Shown here: positions 17,362 to 27,300 of the stretch, in pieces
How positions within the stretch are numbered: the stretch's first letter is position 1
How the letters are laid out: the number at the start of each line of letters is the position of its first letter
IMG/VR virus record: IMGVR_UViG_3300046396_000007
Coordinates: 1-52,700 of that record
Direction: 5' to 3' (one strand)
Source: a virus
Length of the DNA stretch: 52,700 nucleotides
Position numbers and translations under genes: made by a program
Notes under the pieces: model-generated
Database searches by the model: none
Told to the model about the DNA's origin: nothing
The model's input: the letters and a program-made list of their open reading frames with translations, nothing else

Positions 17362-18175
17362 AAAAACCACAAAAGACGGCTTAAAAAAAATAGGTTTCGA
17401 TGTAGAGAAATTTATTGCCGCAGTAAAAGATGAGGCCGAGGTTGATTTCACCATACCCGAAATAAACCACCTCACCGAAGAAGAACTATCCACCCGCGAC
17501 ACACAAGTAATTGCAGCCGCCAAACCCGATATATTTAAAGCTGGAAAAGATGCAGGAATTGAGATTGCTGGTAAGGCTATTGCAAAGAAATACGCTTTAA
17601 CCGATGTTGATGTTAAAGATCCGGAGAAAGTAATAGCTGCACTTGATTCAAAGGTTAGTAAAGGGGATGCCGGACTGCAAAGCCAGGTTGACGCGCTGAT
17701 AAAGGATAAGGAAACGCTTGAAGCGGCTGTACTGGCAGAGAAAAACACAACCAAAGCCACATTGCGGGATGTTGAGTTGATTAGCTCATTGCCTGTAAAG
17801 CGATTGCCAGTACTTACCGACCGTGAATATCTGCTTGCCATTAACGCCAACCTACAAATTGAAGAAGTAGATGGTGCAGAAGTTGTTAAACGCAACGGTG
17901 AAATATTGCGCGATACTAAAACGCAAAAGCCTATCGCTAAAAAGGATGCCATTACCCAACTGTTTGAAGAGCGTAAATGGATAGGTGAAGAGTCACGTGG
18001 TGGTCGCGGAGGCAATGATAATCCGGGGGGTGGATCTGCTGGGCTGAAAACGTTTTCTAAGTATGAAGAGCAATGGAAAAAGGACAACCCTAATGGCAAT
18101 GTTCTTTCCCCTGAATTTCAAACAGCAGTTGCGGCTGCGGCAAAGGAAACTACTGATTTTAATTGGGATGCGTAG
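17354..18175 (+). CDS. putative scaffolding protein
   Basis: 273 aa, charged and alpha-helical-looking, located just before the capsid gene. Ends in TAG 18173-18175. Confidence 0.55.
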   Translation: MLKKTTKDGLKKIGFDVEKFIAAVKDEAEVDFTIPEINHLTEEELSTRDTQVIAAAKPDIFKAGKDAGIEIAGKAIAKKYALTDVDVKDPEKVIAALDSKVSKGDAGLQSQVDALIKDKETLEAAVLAEKNTTKATLRDVELISSLPVKRLPVLTDREYLLAINANLQIEEVDGAEVVKRNGEILRDTKTQKPIAKKDAITQLFEERKWIGEESRGGRGGNDNPGGGSAGLKTFSKYEEQWKKDNPNGNVLSPEFQTAVAAAAKETTDFNWDA

Positions 18176-18213
18176 GCACGATTATTGCACATTAAAAAAC
18201 AAATCACATTAAA

Positions 18214-18438
18214 ATGAAAAATTACGAAAAACAAAAATTTTCAGGCAATGAAAACGAATGGTATGAACCAATTGTAACGTTGGGCGTCTCGCGCATACAT
18301 GAAGAACAGGCAGCAGAACTTAACTCGCATTTCCGTAACACCGGGGTTAAGTATGTTGAAACCGATAAAGAACCGTGGGAAAGCGAGAATGAGCAAATAG
18401 TTGTAAATCATGGTGAAGCGAATACGGCATTAAATTAA
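18214..18438 (+). CDS. hypothetical protein (74 aa)
   Basis: ORF track. Confidence 0.55.
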   Translation: MKNYEKQKFSGNENEWYEPIVTLGVSRIHEEQAAELNSHFRNTGVKYVETDKEPWESENEQIVVNHGEANTALN

Positions 18439-18469
18439 AAGAATAATATTTTCTTTTCCCATATATCCG

Positions 18470-18500
18470 AATCCGGTTGCTGTGAAGTATCCGGATTTTT
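18470..18500 (+). terminator. rho-independent terminator
   Basis: aatccgg (18470-18476) pairs with ccggatt (18491-18497), followed by a T-run. Confidence 0.6.
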
Positions 18501-18502
18501 TA

Positions 18503-18535
18503 TTTGCAAATATCAAATCTTATTTACTATCTTTA
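18503..18535 (+). promoter_or_regulatory. candidate promoter of the capsid gene: TTTG, 21-nt spacer, TATCTTTA
   Basis: TTTG at 18503-18506 inside the palindrome TATTTGCAAATA, and TATCTTTA at 18528-18535. This is the same geometry as the promoter at 52396-52428. Confidence 0.45.
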
Positions 18536-18635
18536 AACCGTCAATGGTTGTACCATCCCGACATAGGTTGTACCTATCTTTCGAGCAGTGCTCAAATCAA
18601 TCAAATTTTTCACTGTTTAAAATAATCGAAACGAT

Positions 18636-19688
18636 ATGGCCAATTATGCCTCATCCGTCTTAGCCAAAGGCCAAGCGAAGATTTCAGCAAAATTCCAGGC
18701 ACCCGAATTAAGGGCGCAAATGCCAACAACAATGGCAATGGCTTTGCAAAATCAATCAATATCAATACCAAACGCACAGGATTTACGTACCTCACCGCTT
18801 CGTCCGGTTGATGTTAACTTCTTCACTAATATTGCACCTGGTACAGCTACTGCAAAAGCAGCCTTACACACAGGAACAATTGGTGATTCAAGCGTAATAA
18901 ACGTTACCTACGTGTCAGTTGTAGAAACATTCTCGCTACCATCAAAGTTAGCTGATAACAACATTTTCTCATACCAAGAACAGTTCAACAACCAGTATGA
19001 GCAGAAATGGCGTAACTTACGCACCCGTCAGGATAACGCAGCCTTATCATATTTATACGCCCACCGTTGCCAACTTGCCGCCGCAGTAGTTAACGCCCGT
19101 GCTGCCTCCGCCAATAGCGGTGCATGGAGCGATGCTCAATTGGCGCAGGAAATTGCATTTACAAACCAAAAGTTGTTTATGCAGTACGCAAAATCATTTA
19201 TGGCTGCACAGTATTACACCGGCCCTTATGATATGCTTGCTGATTTACAGACAGGCCGTAACTTTGAGTACGAGAAGAACCAGGGATCAAGCAACGCCAA
19301 TAACTTCTCATTCCAATTCGGTGATACTTCAATTTATTCAACCCAAAACGTTATTGATGCCGCTTATCAGTTAGGCGCAACTTTGATGATGCCCAAAGGT
19401 ACATTTGCTGGTTTGAACTGGAATGAAGCATTAAACCGCAGGGGATTTGATGCCGGAACAAATAGCAATAACGGTATGTTAGGGACTACAGCAGATCCGC
19501 TTGGCTCTGGTGCGGTTGCTGATATTTCAATCTATACCCAACGCGCAGATACTTCGGCAAATACAACCGGAGGTTCAACACAGGATATAGTTGATCAGTA
19601 CGAGTTAACATTAACTATCGGCTACGTTACTCCGCCGTTATCTTTGGCAGGTGATTCAGCCATATTTGAAATTGCACAGGCTACTTAA
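18636..19688 (+). CDS. major capsid protein (by position and size)
   Basis: 350 aa, preceded by the scaffold-like gene and its own promoter/terminator pair. No motif-level proof. Confidence 0.6.
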   Translation: MANYASSVLAKGQAKISAKFQAPELRAQMPTTMAMALQNQSISIPNAQDLRTSPLRPVDVNFFTNIAPGTATAKAALHTGTIGDSSVINVTYVSVVETFSLPSKLADNNIFSYQEQFNNQYEQKWRNLRTRQDNAALSYLYAHRCQLAAAVVNARAASANSGAWSDAQLAQEIAFTNQKLFMQYAKSFMAAQYYTGPYDMLADLQTGRNFEYEKNQGSSNANNFSFQFGDTSIYSTQNVIDAAYQLGATLMMPKGTFAGLNWNEALNRRGFDAGTNSNNGMLGTTADPLGSGAVADISIYTQRADTSANTTGGSTQDIVDQYELTLTIGYVTPPLSLAGDSAIFEIAQAT

Positions 19689-19693
19689 TTGAG

Positions 19694-20119
19694 ATGAAAA
19701 AAGTAATATTATTAGTGTGCTTTGCTTTGGTAGCCATCGCAGCACACGCACAAACAGGGCCGGCCGTTAAATTACCATTGGCGATAGGGGACACAATTTT
19801 AAATACAACGACTGTATCAAAGGTTATTTCTGTAACTGGCGGATATAGCGGTGCAAATATACAGGTTGTATTAGTGTCGCAAACTGGAACGCCAGCAGGA
19901 GGTGTTAGGCTGTACGGATCAAATGACGGGGGCATATCTTATGATCCAATCATGGCAAATGCAGCAGATAGTTTAGCAATAGGCACTACAGCATTGCACT
20001 ATACTTTTAAAATGCAAACTCCATTACCATCAAAATTAAAGGTTGTGGCTAAGGGAACCGGAACTCAACATACACTTGTTACTGTCTGGTATCGCACACC
20101 ATTATATCAGCACCCATAA
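19694..20119 (+). CDS. beta-rich protein with an N-terminal Sec-type signal peptide (141 aa)
   Basis: MKKVILLVCFALVAIAAHAQ-TGP... Lies directly after the capsid gene. Confidence 0.65.
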   Translation: MKKVILLVCFALVAIAAHAQTGPAVKLPLAIGDTILNTTTVSKVISVTGGYSGANIQVVLVSQTGTPAGGVRLYGSNDGGISYDPIMANAADSLAIGTTALHYTFKMQTPLPSKLKVVAKGTGTQHTLVTVWYRTPLYQHP

Positions 20120-20120
20120 C

Positions 20121-21293
20121 ATGAAATACACTAATGGCTTTGATATTGATTTAGTTTTACCGGCGTTACAGCAGCGGTTAGGATGGCTACAGCCAACTAT
20201 AGCCGGAAGTCCTGTAATATCGGCGCCAAATCTTGTATCAAAATCAGGCCGTTGCTTCAATGATGGTTCATACCATGCGCTTTGTACAGTTGATAATATC
20301 AAAAATAACCAGGAAGATCCGGCAATAACTGATACAGAACTCAACGCTTTTTTAATACAATATCAGAAAAGCGAAATAATGAGGGCGCTTAATGCAGTAT
20401 TTGTAGAGCCGGAACTGATTGAGCAATCGTTGATGTACACCCGGTTTGGATTGAATGACTATCCGTTACCTAACCAATCACAGTGGGTAGGATGGTGCAT
20501 TGAGGTTGCAAACGATTTCAGTATAAGCACTCAAATAACAATGGGCACTTTTTACTTTGACAAAGATTGCACCGTTACAATGTATCTGTTTATGGATGGC
20601 GTACGTGAACCATTGCAAACTATTACTGTTGATGTTATTGGGTATGCCCGTACCGGGGTTGATTTTGATTCGTTGGTATTAAATTATAAAACAGGAATGC
20701 GTTATTTTTTTCTGTACGACCAAAATGAACTTGAAGCACAAGGCGCACATGCGATACGTGAACAGGTAGAAACCATTGCAACAACCTATTGCTTTGAGGC
20801 TTATAATTATCAGGCATACCGTTCTACAGATGGCAGTTATTTCAACCATAACAATCGTCAATTCCCAGCATTGCCAGGGGGAGTTAATTTGGAGATAATA
20901 ACTTTTAAAGACCATACACAAAAGATTTTGCGCAAGGCAAATCTTTTCGATGAAGTGCAGGGATTGCAAATGGCGGCTATGGTTATCGAGTTGATAAATA
21001 CCTCAACCAGAACCAATTTAAACCAAAGGCAAACCGAGCAACAATCAAATCAGTTATTTATTGAGCTTAACCAGGCATTTGCTACAAAAGAGGTGCCAGT
21101 TAATCCCGGTTTAAAATCACGGATTGCGCAAGAATTTAAGAGGTTAATAGATACTTTTTTCCCGCCTCAAAAAGCAATAAGTACAAGCATGATAACTGAT
21201 TCAGACGGAATGCTTGATAGTTACGAACAAATATGGGCTAAACAGAACTGGAAAGTAATGAATAACCCAGGTGTATTAATAAGCGATGGGTAA
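20121..21293 (+). CDS. hypothetical structural protein (390 aa)
   Basis: ORF track frame. The ATG at 20121 (MKYTNGFD...) is preferred because the track start at 20043 overlaps the previous gene by 77 nt. Confidence 0.6.
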   Translation: MKYTNGFDIDLVLPALQQRLGWLQPTIAGSPVISAPNLVSKSGRCFNDGSYHALCTVDNIKNNQEDPAITDTELNAFLIQYQKSEIMRALNAVFVEPELIEQSLMYTRFGLNDYPLPNQSQWVGWCIEVANDFSISTQITMGTFYFDKDCTVTMYLFMDGVREPLQTITVDVIGYARTGVDFDSLVLNYKTGMRYFFLYDQNELEAQGAHAIREQVETIATTYCFEAYNYQAYRSTDGSYFNHNNRQFPALPGGVNLEIITFKDHTQKILRKANLFDEVQGLQMAAMVIELINTSTRTNLNQRQTEQQSNQLFIELNQAFATKEVPVNPGLKSRIAQEFKRLIDTFFPPQKAISTSMITDSDGMLDSYEQIWAKQNWKVMNNPGVLISDG

Positions 21294-21837
21294 TATATTA
21301 AAACCGTCGCCGGTAGGTATTGACAGGCCGATACAGCAGATGCAAGCCTATTTATACAATGCGTTAGTTGCTAAATGGGGTCTTGATGATACAAAATTAA
21401 CCTGCTATGGGCGAGCCTACAGGAATGCAACACAGGATGGATATACGCCGGAGGTTTATGTTGGAAATAATGAATACAAGGAGGTTTATTATGATGACCG
21501 GCTTTCTGCCAGCTCATTTTTTGGAGTTGGTGAAGAAATAAAAAATACCGCCAAATCAGTAACCGCAGATGTATTCATCATATTCATGGTAAACCTAAAT
21601 AATATAAAGCCAGGGGTTAACCGAAATGATGAAGAATGTCATATTGATGTGCAAACTTTGGTTACCAGGTTATTTTACGGTTTCACATTTACCGGGATAA
21701 CAACAGGGATCGATCATGTATTCAGGGAGTATTCAGGGCTACGCAGGTCAAAGGGGATAAAGTTTACAGATACACACCCGCAACATTGTTTTAGGTTGAA
21801 TTTTAAGTTAATATATAATCCATTTTTAAATTGTTAA
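21286..21837 (+). CDS. hypothetical structural protein (183 aa)
   Basis: ORF track. Confidence 0.6.
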   Translation: MGNILKPSPVGIDRPIQQMQAYLYNALVAKWGLDDTKLTCYGRAYRNATQDGYTPEVYVGNNEYKEVYYDDRLSASSFFGVGEEIKNTAKSVTADVFIIFMVNLNNIKPGVNRNDEECHIDVQTLVTRLFYGFTFTGITTGIDHVFREYSGLRRSKGIKFTDTHPQHCFRLNFKLIYNPFLNC

Positions 21838-21869
21838 ACAGCCTATCAAGGCACAACTAAATAAATACT

Positions 21870-22853
21870 ATGTCAACAATAGGAAACGTTTTACAAAAAT
21901 GCGCCCAGCCTCGCAAAAACACAGGCTACAACCTATCTTGTTTTACTGAATTTGGAGCGCCAATCGGTATTATATTGGCTCAATATGGGCAGACAATACC
22001 GACATCAAGTATTGCCGCTGCAAAAACAGCCATTTCGGGGTTTTTATTAAACTCCGATCCAAACCAGCGCTTTTATCCAATTCAATCGCCGATTGACCCG
22101 AAAGATAATAGCGAGGCCCCTGTAGTTGTAACCTCAACACTAGGCCAAAAGAAAAAGATCAGGGACGGCTTTACCGACTTGACTTTGCAATGGTGGGATG
22201 GTGGTATGTGCTTGCTAATCCCTTTGCGGTTAATGAACGGCATTAAAATGCCATTTTATATTTTGACCTCTTACGGATTTTTAGTAGGCACAAATAAAGG
22301 CGATGGTCTTTGTAGCCCCATCACTCCGACTTTATTTGATGCAGAGCCGTTTAAATGGTCAGCCGGTAACGATGCAAACGCATACATGATACATACCGTA
22401 TTTGATCCGGCCCAAACCAACGAAAACGTTATGTTTATCGATTTCAACGGTGCAGGCGGTGGTTTGCCATACCTACAGGGATTGATCGGGTTAGAAAATA
22501 TCGTTATAACAAAACAGGCGCGTGTTGTTGCGCTGATAACTGTAGGATTATCTACCTCATGCGGCGGTGTTGATTTATTCCAAACATACCCTACTCAATT
22601 TGTAGTTGGCTTGTGGAAAGCGTATGCAGATACCGGCGGCGTTGCTGATTTGAGCAAACCAATTGCTATAACTTCAGCTACACCAACCGCAGATGGTTAC
22701 GCATTACAGATAACAGTTGCCGATGCGAATTATACAGCGGGCGCTCCGATATGGATCGGGTTAACCAATCCGCAGGCATTATTAACAGCTGGTATCGGTG
22801 GAGTTGATGGATCTACAGGGTTTGAGGCACAGTTAGTATCAATAGGTTTATAA
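21870..22853 (+). CDS. putative major tail protein
   Basis: 327 aa. The call rests only on its position upstream of the chaperone-like genes and the tape measure. Confidence 0.4.
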   Translation: MSTIGNVLQKCAQPRKNTGYNLSCFTEFGAPIGIILAQYGQTIPTSSIAAAKTAISGFLLNSDPNQRFYPIQSPIDPKDNSEAPVVVTSTLGQKKKIRDGFTDLTLQWWDGGMCLLIPLRLMNGIKMPFYILTSYGFLVGTNKGDGLCSPITPTLFDAEPFKWSAGNDANAYMIHTVFDPAQTNENVMFIDFNGAGGGLPYLQGLIGLENIVITKQARVVALITVGLSTSCGGVDLFQTYPTQFVVGLWKAYADTGGVADLSKPIAITSATPTADGYALQITVADANYTAGAPIWIGLTNPQALLTAGIGGVDGSTGFEAQLVSIGL

Positions 22854-22856
22854 TAC

Positions 22857-23033
22857 ATGCCGATAATTAAGCAAAAGCCATCTCTTAATTTCCAGGAGAT
22901 TAAGAAGATAACCAAGCAGGAGTTAATTGATATGCACCCGTTGGCAGATGAAGATCATTTAAGTATGGAGTGGGATAAGGCGAATGGGAAAACCGCTGAA
23001 ATTGAAACTAAAGCCGCTAAGAAAAAAGATTAA
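22857..23033 (+). CDS. hypothetical small protein (58 aa)
   Basis: ATG 22857 reads MPIIKQKPSLNFQEIKKITKQELIDMHPLADEDHLSMEWDKANGK... and ends at TAA 23031-23033, followed by a terminator. Confidence 0.45.
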   Translation: MPIIKQKPSLNFQEIKKITKQELIDMHPLADEDHLSMEWDKANGKTAEIETKAAKKKD

Positions 23034-23057
23034 TTAAGTTGGTTTGTACATAGGGGT

Positions 23058-23089
23058 AGCCGTAGCATGAAAATGTTGCGGCTTTTTTT
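23058..23089 (+). terminator. rho-independent terminator
   Basis: agccgtagca / tgttgcggct forms 10 bp (2 G-U) with loop tgaaaa, followed by ttttttt. Confidence 0.65.
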
Positions 23090-23216
23090 GTATATTTGTA
23101 TCGCTGTCTGACTGACCACAGGGCGCGAAAAAGAACCACACACTTTTAGCGGAAGTTAAAACCTTATGGTTTATAAGCCTTGCAGAATTGTAGGGCTTTT
23201 TTATTACCTTTACTCA

Positions 23217-23663
23217 ATGGGCCACATGTTCGCACTTCTTGACCGCCTCGATCCAACGGAACTAAAGCCGATCATAATTCTATGCTTAAACCAATCACAA
23301 TATGAATGGTTAGGGTTGAACAGGGGGCAATTACATGACGGTCAGGATAACACCGGACATTTACAAAGCCCCGATTATGCAGAGGAACGGTACGCACTGC
23401 ATAAAAATGCAGATAACCCGGTACCAGGATTAGGCGTGCCTGATTTTTTTGTCACAGGTGATTATTACAATTCAATACAAGTGAAAGTTAATGCAAGTCA
23501 GTACGCAATAACAACATACAGTAGTGGAGTTGATTACGCACCTAAACTAGAGGCTAAATGGGATCGTAACTACGGGCTTGATCCCGAAAACTTGGGCTTC
23601 TTTTCAAGCGAAATATTAAAGCCTAAAATTATTGGTGAATTAAAAAAGGAGTTAGGGTTATGA
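23217..23663 (+). CDS. putative tail assembly protein (148 aa). The start is uncertain; an alternative ATG lies at 23166.
   Basis: ORF track frame. Position upstream of the tape measure. Confidence 0.5.
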   Translation: MGHMFALLDRLDPTELKPIIILCLNQSQYEWLGLNRGQLHDGQDNTGHLQSPDYAEERYALHKNADNPVPGLGVPDFFVTGDYYNSIQVKVNASQYAITTYSSGVDYAPKLEAKWDRNYGLDPENLGFFSSEILKPKIIGELKKELGL

Positions 23664-24289
23664 CAGAAACACCCCAACCCATACAAACAGAATTATACAC
23701 CGACCTTTCCGATATCCCATTATATAATTGGATTGAAATTGCAACAACAAACAATCTAAAATGGTTAGTCAAATCAGGTCCTGTACCGGAAGATTTAACC
23801 GAACAATATGGCGAACTATTACAGGAATACCAGGCGCTCATTAAAGATACCAAATCAGCCCATGAGCACAATATCAAGGTTACGTATGCCCGGCTTGCTA
23901 ACAGAATAGATCACATTCAAATAGCTGTTAATGCTTTACGATTGCACGGGCATGATGCTAATCTAATCAGAATATTACAAACACCACCCCCTGATGGATT
24001 AGGCTTTGAGGGACTGACCTATGAGGACTTAGAACGGGATTTAAAACTCACTGAAAACTACATGAAAGTCGATGTTATTAAGTTAGAGCAGGCAAAAGGC
24101 CAATTAGAAAAAATTATGAAAGCAGCTGATTTTGATGGGGTAAACTCAAAGGGTGTATTTTATGAGCAAATAACATCATTATCAAGATGGTTGCAATTTG
24201 GCATTAACCCTAAAGAGGTTAGTGTCATGCAGTATGTAATGTATCTGAACGCTTTGCAAATTGAAATAAAGGCTATCGCTAAAAGGTAA
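23660..24289 (+). CDS. putative tail assembly chaperone (209 aa)
   Basis: ATGA overlap with the previous gene. Lies immediately upstream of the tape measure. Confidence 0.45.
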   Translation: MTETPQPIQTELYTDLSDIPLYNWIEIATTNNLKWLVKSGPVPEDLTEQYGELLQEYQALIKDTKSAHEHNIKVTYARLANRIDHIQIAVNALRLHGHDANLIRILQTPPPDGLGFEGLTYEDLERDLKLTENYMKVDVIKLEQAKGQLEKIMKAADFDGVNSKGVFYEQITSLSRWLQFGINPKEVSVMQYVMYLNALQIEIKAIAKR

Positions 24290-24313
24290 TTTGTTTTTTC
24301 TTATATTTACATC

Positions 24314-27300
24314 ATGGCAGGCAATACCACAGCGATAGACGAAGTAGTTTTACCGGAAGCGGTCGAACAATTCAACACCCTTAAAACAGCTGGCAAAGAA
24401 CTCCGCACAGAATTAGTTCAACTGCTTGAAGTAGCTGTAAAACTTAACGCCACATTGGGCGGTTCAACCCCTGCAAACTTCGCCAAAAACTTGCAAGCAT
24501 CAACCGATGCTACAAATAAGATCATTGCCAATAATAATAAACAAATTGACAATGAACAGAAAAAAGCAGCCAAGCAAGAGGAAATTCTAAATAAATACTT
24601 GGTATTACTGTCCAAACAAGAGGCCGCAAGACAACAAGCCGAAATTAAACAGCAACAAAGAGATGCAAAGGAAATTGCAGCAGCAGAGGCAAAGGCTGTA
24701 AAATTACAAGCTATTGCAGATAAACAAAATGCAGAAATAGCACGTAAGGCCGCAGTTCAATTCCCATCAGGCCCATCCGATGGATACAACCCCGTTACAT
24801 CAGAGCCGGATCAAGCGGCAACGCGGTATGAGCCAATCATTACCGGTCAGGAAAACATGGCAATTTCTGCTAATAAATCAGCTGAGGCCATTGCTGTAGA
24901 AAATGCAGCATTAATTGAACAGCGTGAAGTTTTAGCGGGGCTATCAGTTGAATATCGCGCTAACCTGGAATTACTTTTGGCATTACAAGCCGAACGCGCT
25001 GAAAATGTAACAGAACTAAAAGCATTATCGGTTGAAGATGCAGCAAGTGGTGAACGCGCTATATTTTTAACACAAAGGCAAATTGAATTAGGAATAGCTA
25101 TCAGGCAAACTAATTTGGCGCTATCGCAGCAAACAAAACAGATGCTTGCCGAGGACACGAGCGGAGCTAGAATGCAAGCGAGATTAGATGAATTACGCGT
25201 TGCTATAGGCAACTTATCGGCAGCAGAACTTGAAAACGCAGAGGTTGGGGGCATTTGGTTGGCAGAGGCTGAAAGGTTGGATCTTGCTATAAAAACACTT
25301 CGCGGATCAACCGGAGATGCCACCAAGAATGTTGGTGCATATACAACAGCAACAGCAATAGCCGATAAAGTATCAGCTCAATTCGTGCGTCAACTAGTCC
25401 GAATGGCTGCGCAGTTTTTATTAATCACTGTCATTTTTGGCGCTATCACATGGTTGTATGATTGGATCAAAGGACTTGATTACTTCACAGGGAGATTGGA
25501 TCAGGCTACACAAAATTTAAAGTCATTTAATGAAGTACAAAAAAACGCCGCTTCATCCGCTGGCGAAATTGTAGGTAAATACCGAATATTAAGCGATACC
25601 ATAAAGGACTTATCAATATCTTACGAAGATAGATTGAAAGCGGCAACAGAATTAAAGAAACTTTTCCCGGAGGAATTAGAACATTCTACAGCCCAGGCCA
25701 TAGCCAATGGCACAGAAGCTAAATCCCTTGATAAACTAACTGATTCCGTAGTAAAATTAGCCAAGGCAAAAGCAGCTGCAACAGAGATAGAAAAAACAGA
25801 AGGTGAAATAATAGCATTACAAATACAGCGAGATAAAGTTAATGCGGCTAAGTCCTCCCAGATGGATGCAACCAACAAAGGGAACGGCTATGATAAATTA
25901 TCATTCTTTGACCAGTTAGCTGTTTCACAAAGCGGCAAGCCATCAAAAGATGATTTGAAAAAGATATTCAAGCAACAGGCAGATGATGCCAATAAAGATA
26001 TAGAGGCTCAAATAAAATTAAAAGAGGGAACAATTAAATTATTAGAGCAGTATGGAGGATTGCAAAAAGAAAGCGAAGCTATCGAAAGCAAAAGCACATT
26101 AAATCCAAAGGTAAAAAAACCAAAAGATACCGCTAATAAAGATCTGTTAGAATCACAGCGAATTGACATTGAAATAGCAAAAAATAAAAATAAGCAAATT
26201 TTAGATGATGATAATTATTCTTATGATGCCAGATTGGTTGCACTCAATCAGTATATAAAAAAGTCAAAAGAACTACTCGAAAAAGAAGCTGAAATATTAA
26301 ATGCAGACAACAACCTTCGCCCCCAACAGCGTTTGAACGATCTAAAAAAACTGAAAAATCAGGAATTAGAGATCGATATTGAACGTTTAAAGGAACTTGA
26401 TAAGTTAAACAAAGAAGAAATTGAAAAACACAAAAAACTACTTCAAGACATTTTAACCGCCGACAAAGAGCACGAACAAGAGCAGCTAGAAGATTTAAAT
26501 CAAGGCGCCATTGTTGCGGCTCAAAAGCTAAATGACAATAAGGAAAATCTTATTAATACAAAAACGCTTGAATTTTCAGAGGGTAAAATCAGCGAAAAGC
26601 AGTTTAACCGTGATTTGTTAGCCATTAATGATGAGTATAATGTTCAGAGAATAGCACAAGAGATTACACTGCAAAATACAATTTTAGCCTTAAAAGAGGG
26701 TAGCCGTGACGTTGCTTTATTACAGGCTAAGCAAAATGGCGCTACACCTGCGGAAATTGCTAAAATAACCAGCGAAGCTAATAAAGGAATTGATCCTACT
26801 AAGAACCGAATTGCCGAATTAACAACACAATATAAATCTGCTGTAACTAAGAAAAAAGTTGATTCTGCAAAGGGGGATGATGCTAGCGATAATGAAAAGA
26901 AGAAAGCTTTACAGGAATCATTAGGCGATGCAAAAGACATTGTTGGTGATATTAATGATTTGGTAGATAAGGGCTATGAAAACCAAATCAGTAAACTTGA
27001 TAAGGTAGGGCAAAAGATACAGGAAAATGCAGATATTGAAAAGGCGGCTATTGAAAACTCTCTTGATACCCAAGCAAACAAAGCCCGTAGGCAATTGGTT
27101 TTGGATGCGCAAACAGCCAGCCAACAAAAGGCAATACAGGCTGAAATAGCCAGGGAAAAGACTAAGCAGGCCCGTGCCGATAAAGTAGCTGCCATTGCAG
27201 AAATTATATTAAACACTGCTATTGCTGCATCTAAGGTTGTTGCACAAACAGGATTACTTGGCTTATTAACAGGGGTGCCAGCAGTTATTGCTTTAGGTGC

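Noticed and set aside
17284-18099. 271-aa minus-strand ORF antisense to the scaffold-like gene
   Set aside because: It has a low-complexity S/A/P-rich translation, typical of the reverse complement of an E/K/A-rich coiled-coil gene. It has no start context and lies inside a long plus-strand operon.
20043-20120. Track start at 20043 for the 416-aa ORF
   Set aside because: It would overlap the previous gene by 77 nt. The in-frame ATG at 20121, two bases after that gene's stop, fits the genome's compact junction style.
23660-23663. Programmed -1 frameshift between the two genes upstream of the tape measure (as in lambda G/GT)
   Set aside because: The two ORFs are joined by a simple ATGA stop/start overlap, and I saw no slippery heptamer. 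Ordinary translational coupling explains the junction.
24418-27216. Several 65-159-aa minus-strand ORFs inside the tape-measure gene (for example 24847..25326, 26644..26940)
   Set aside because: These are antisense shadows of an A/E/K/Q-rich gene and have low-complexity translations.
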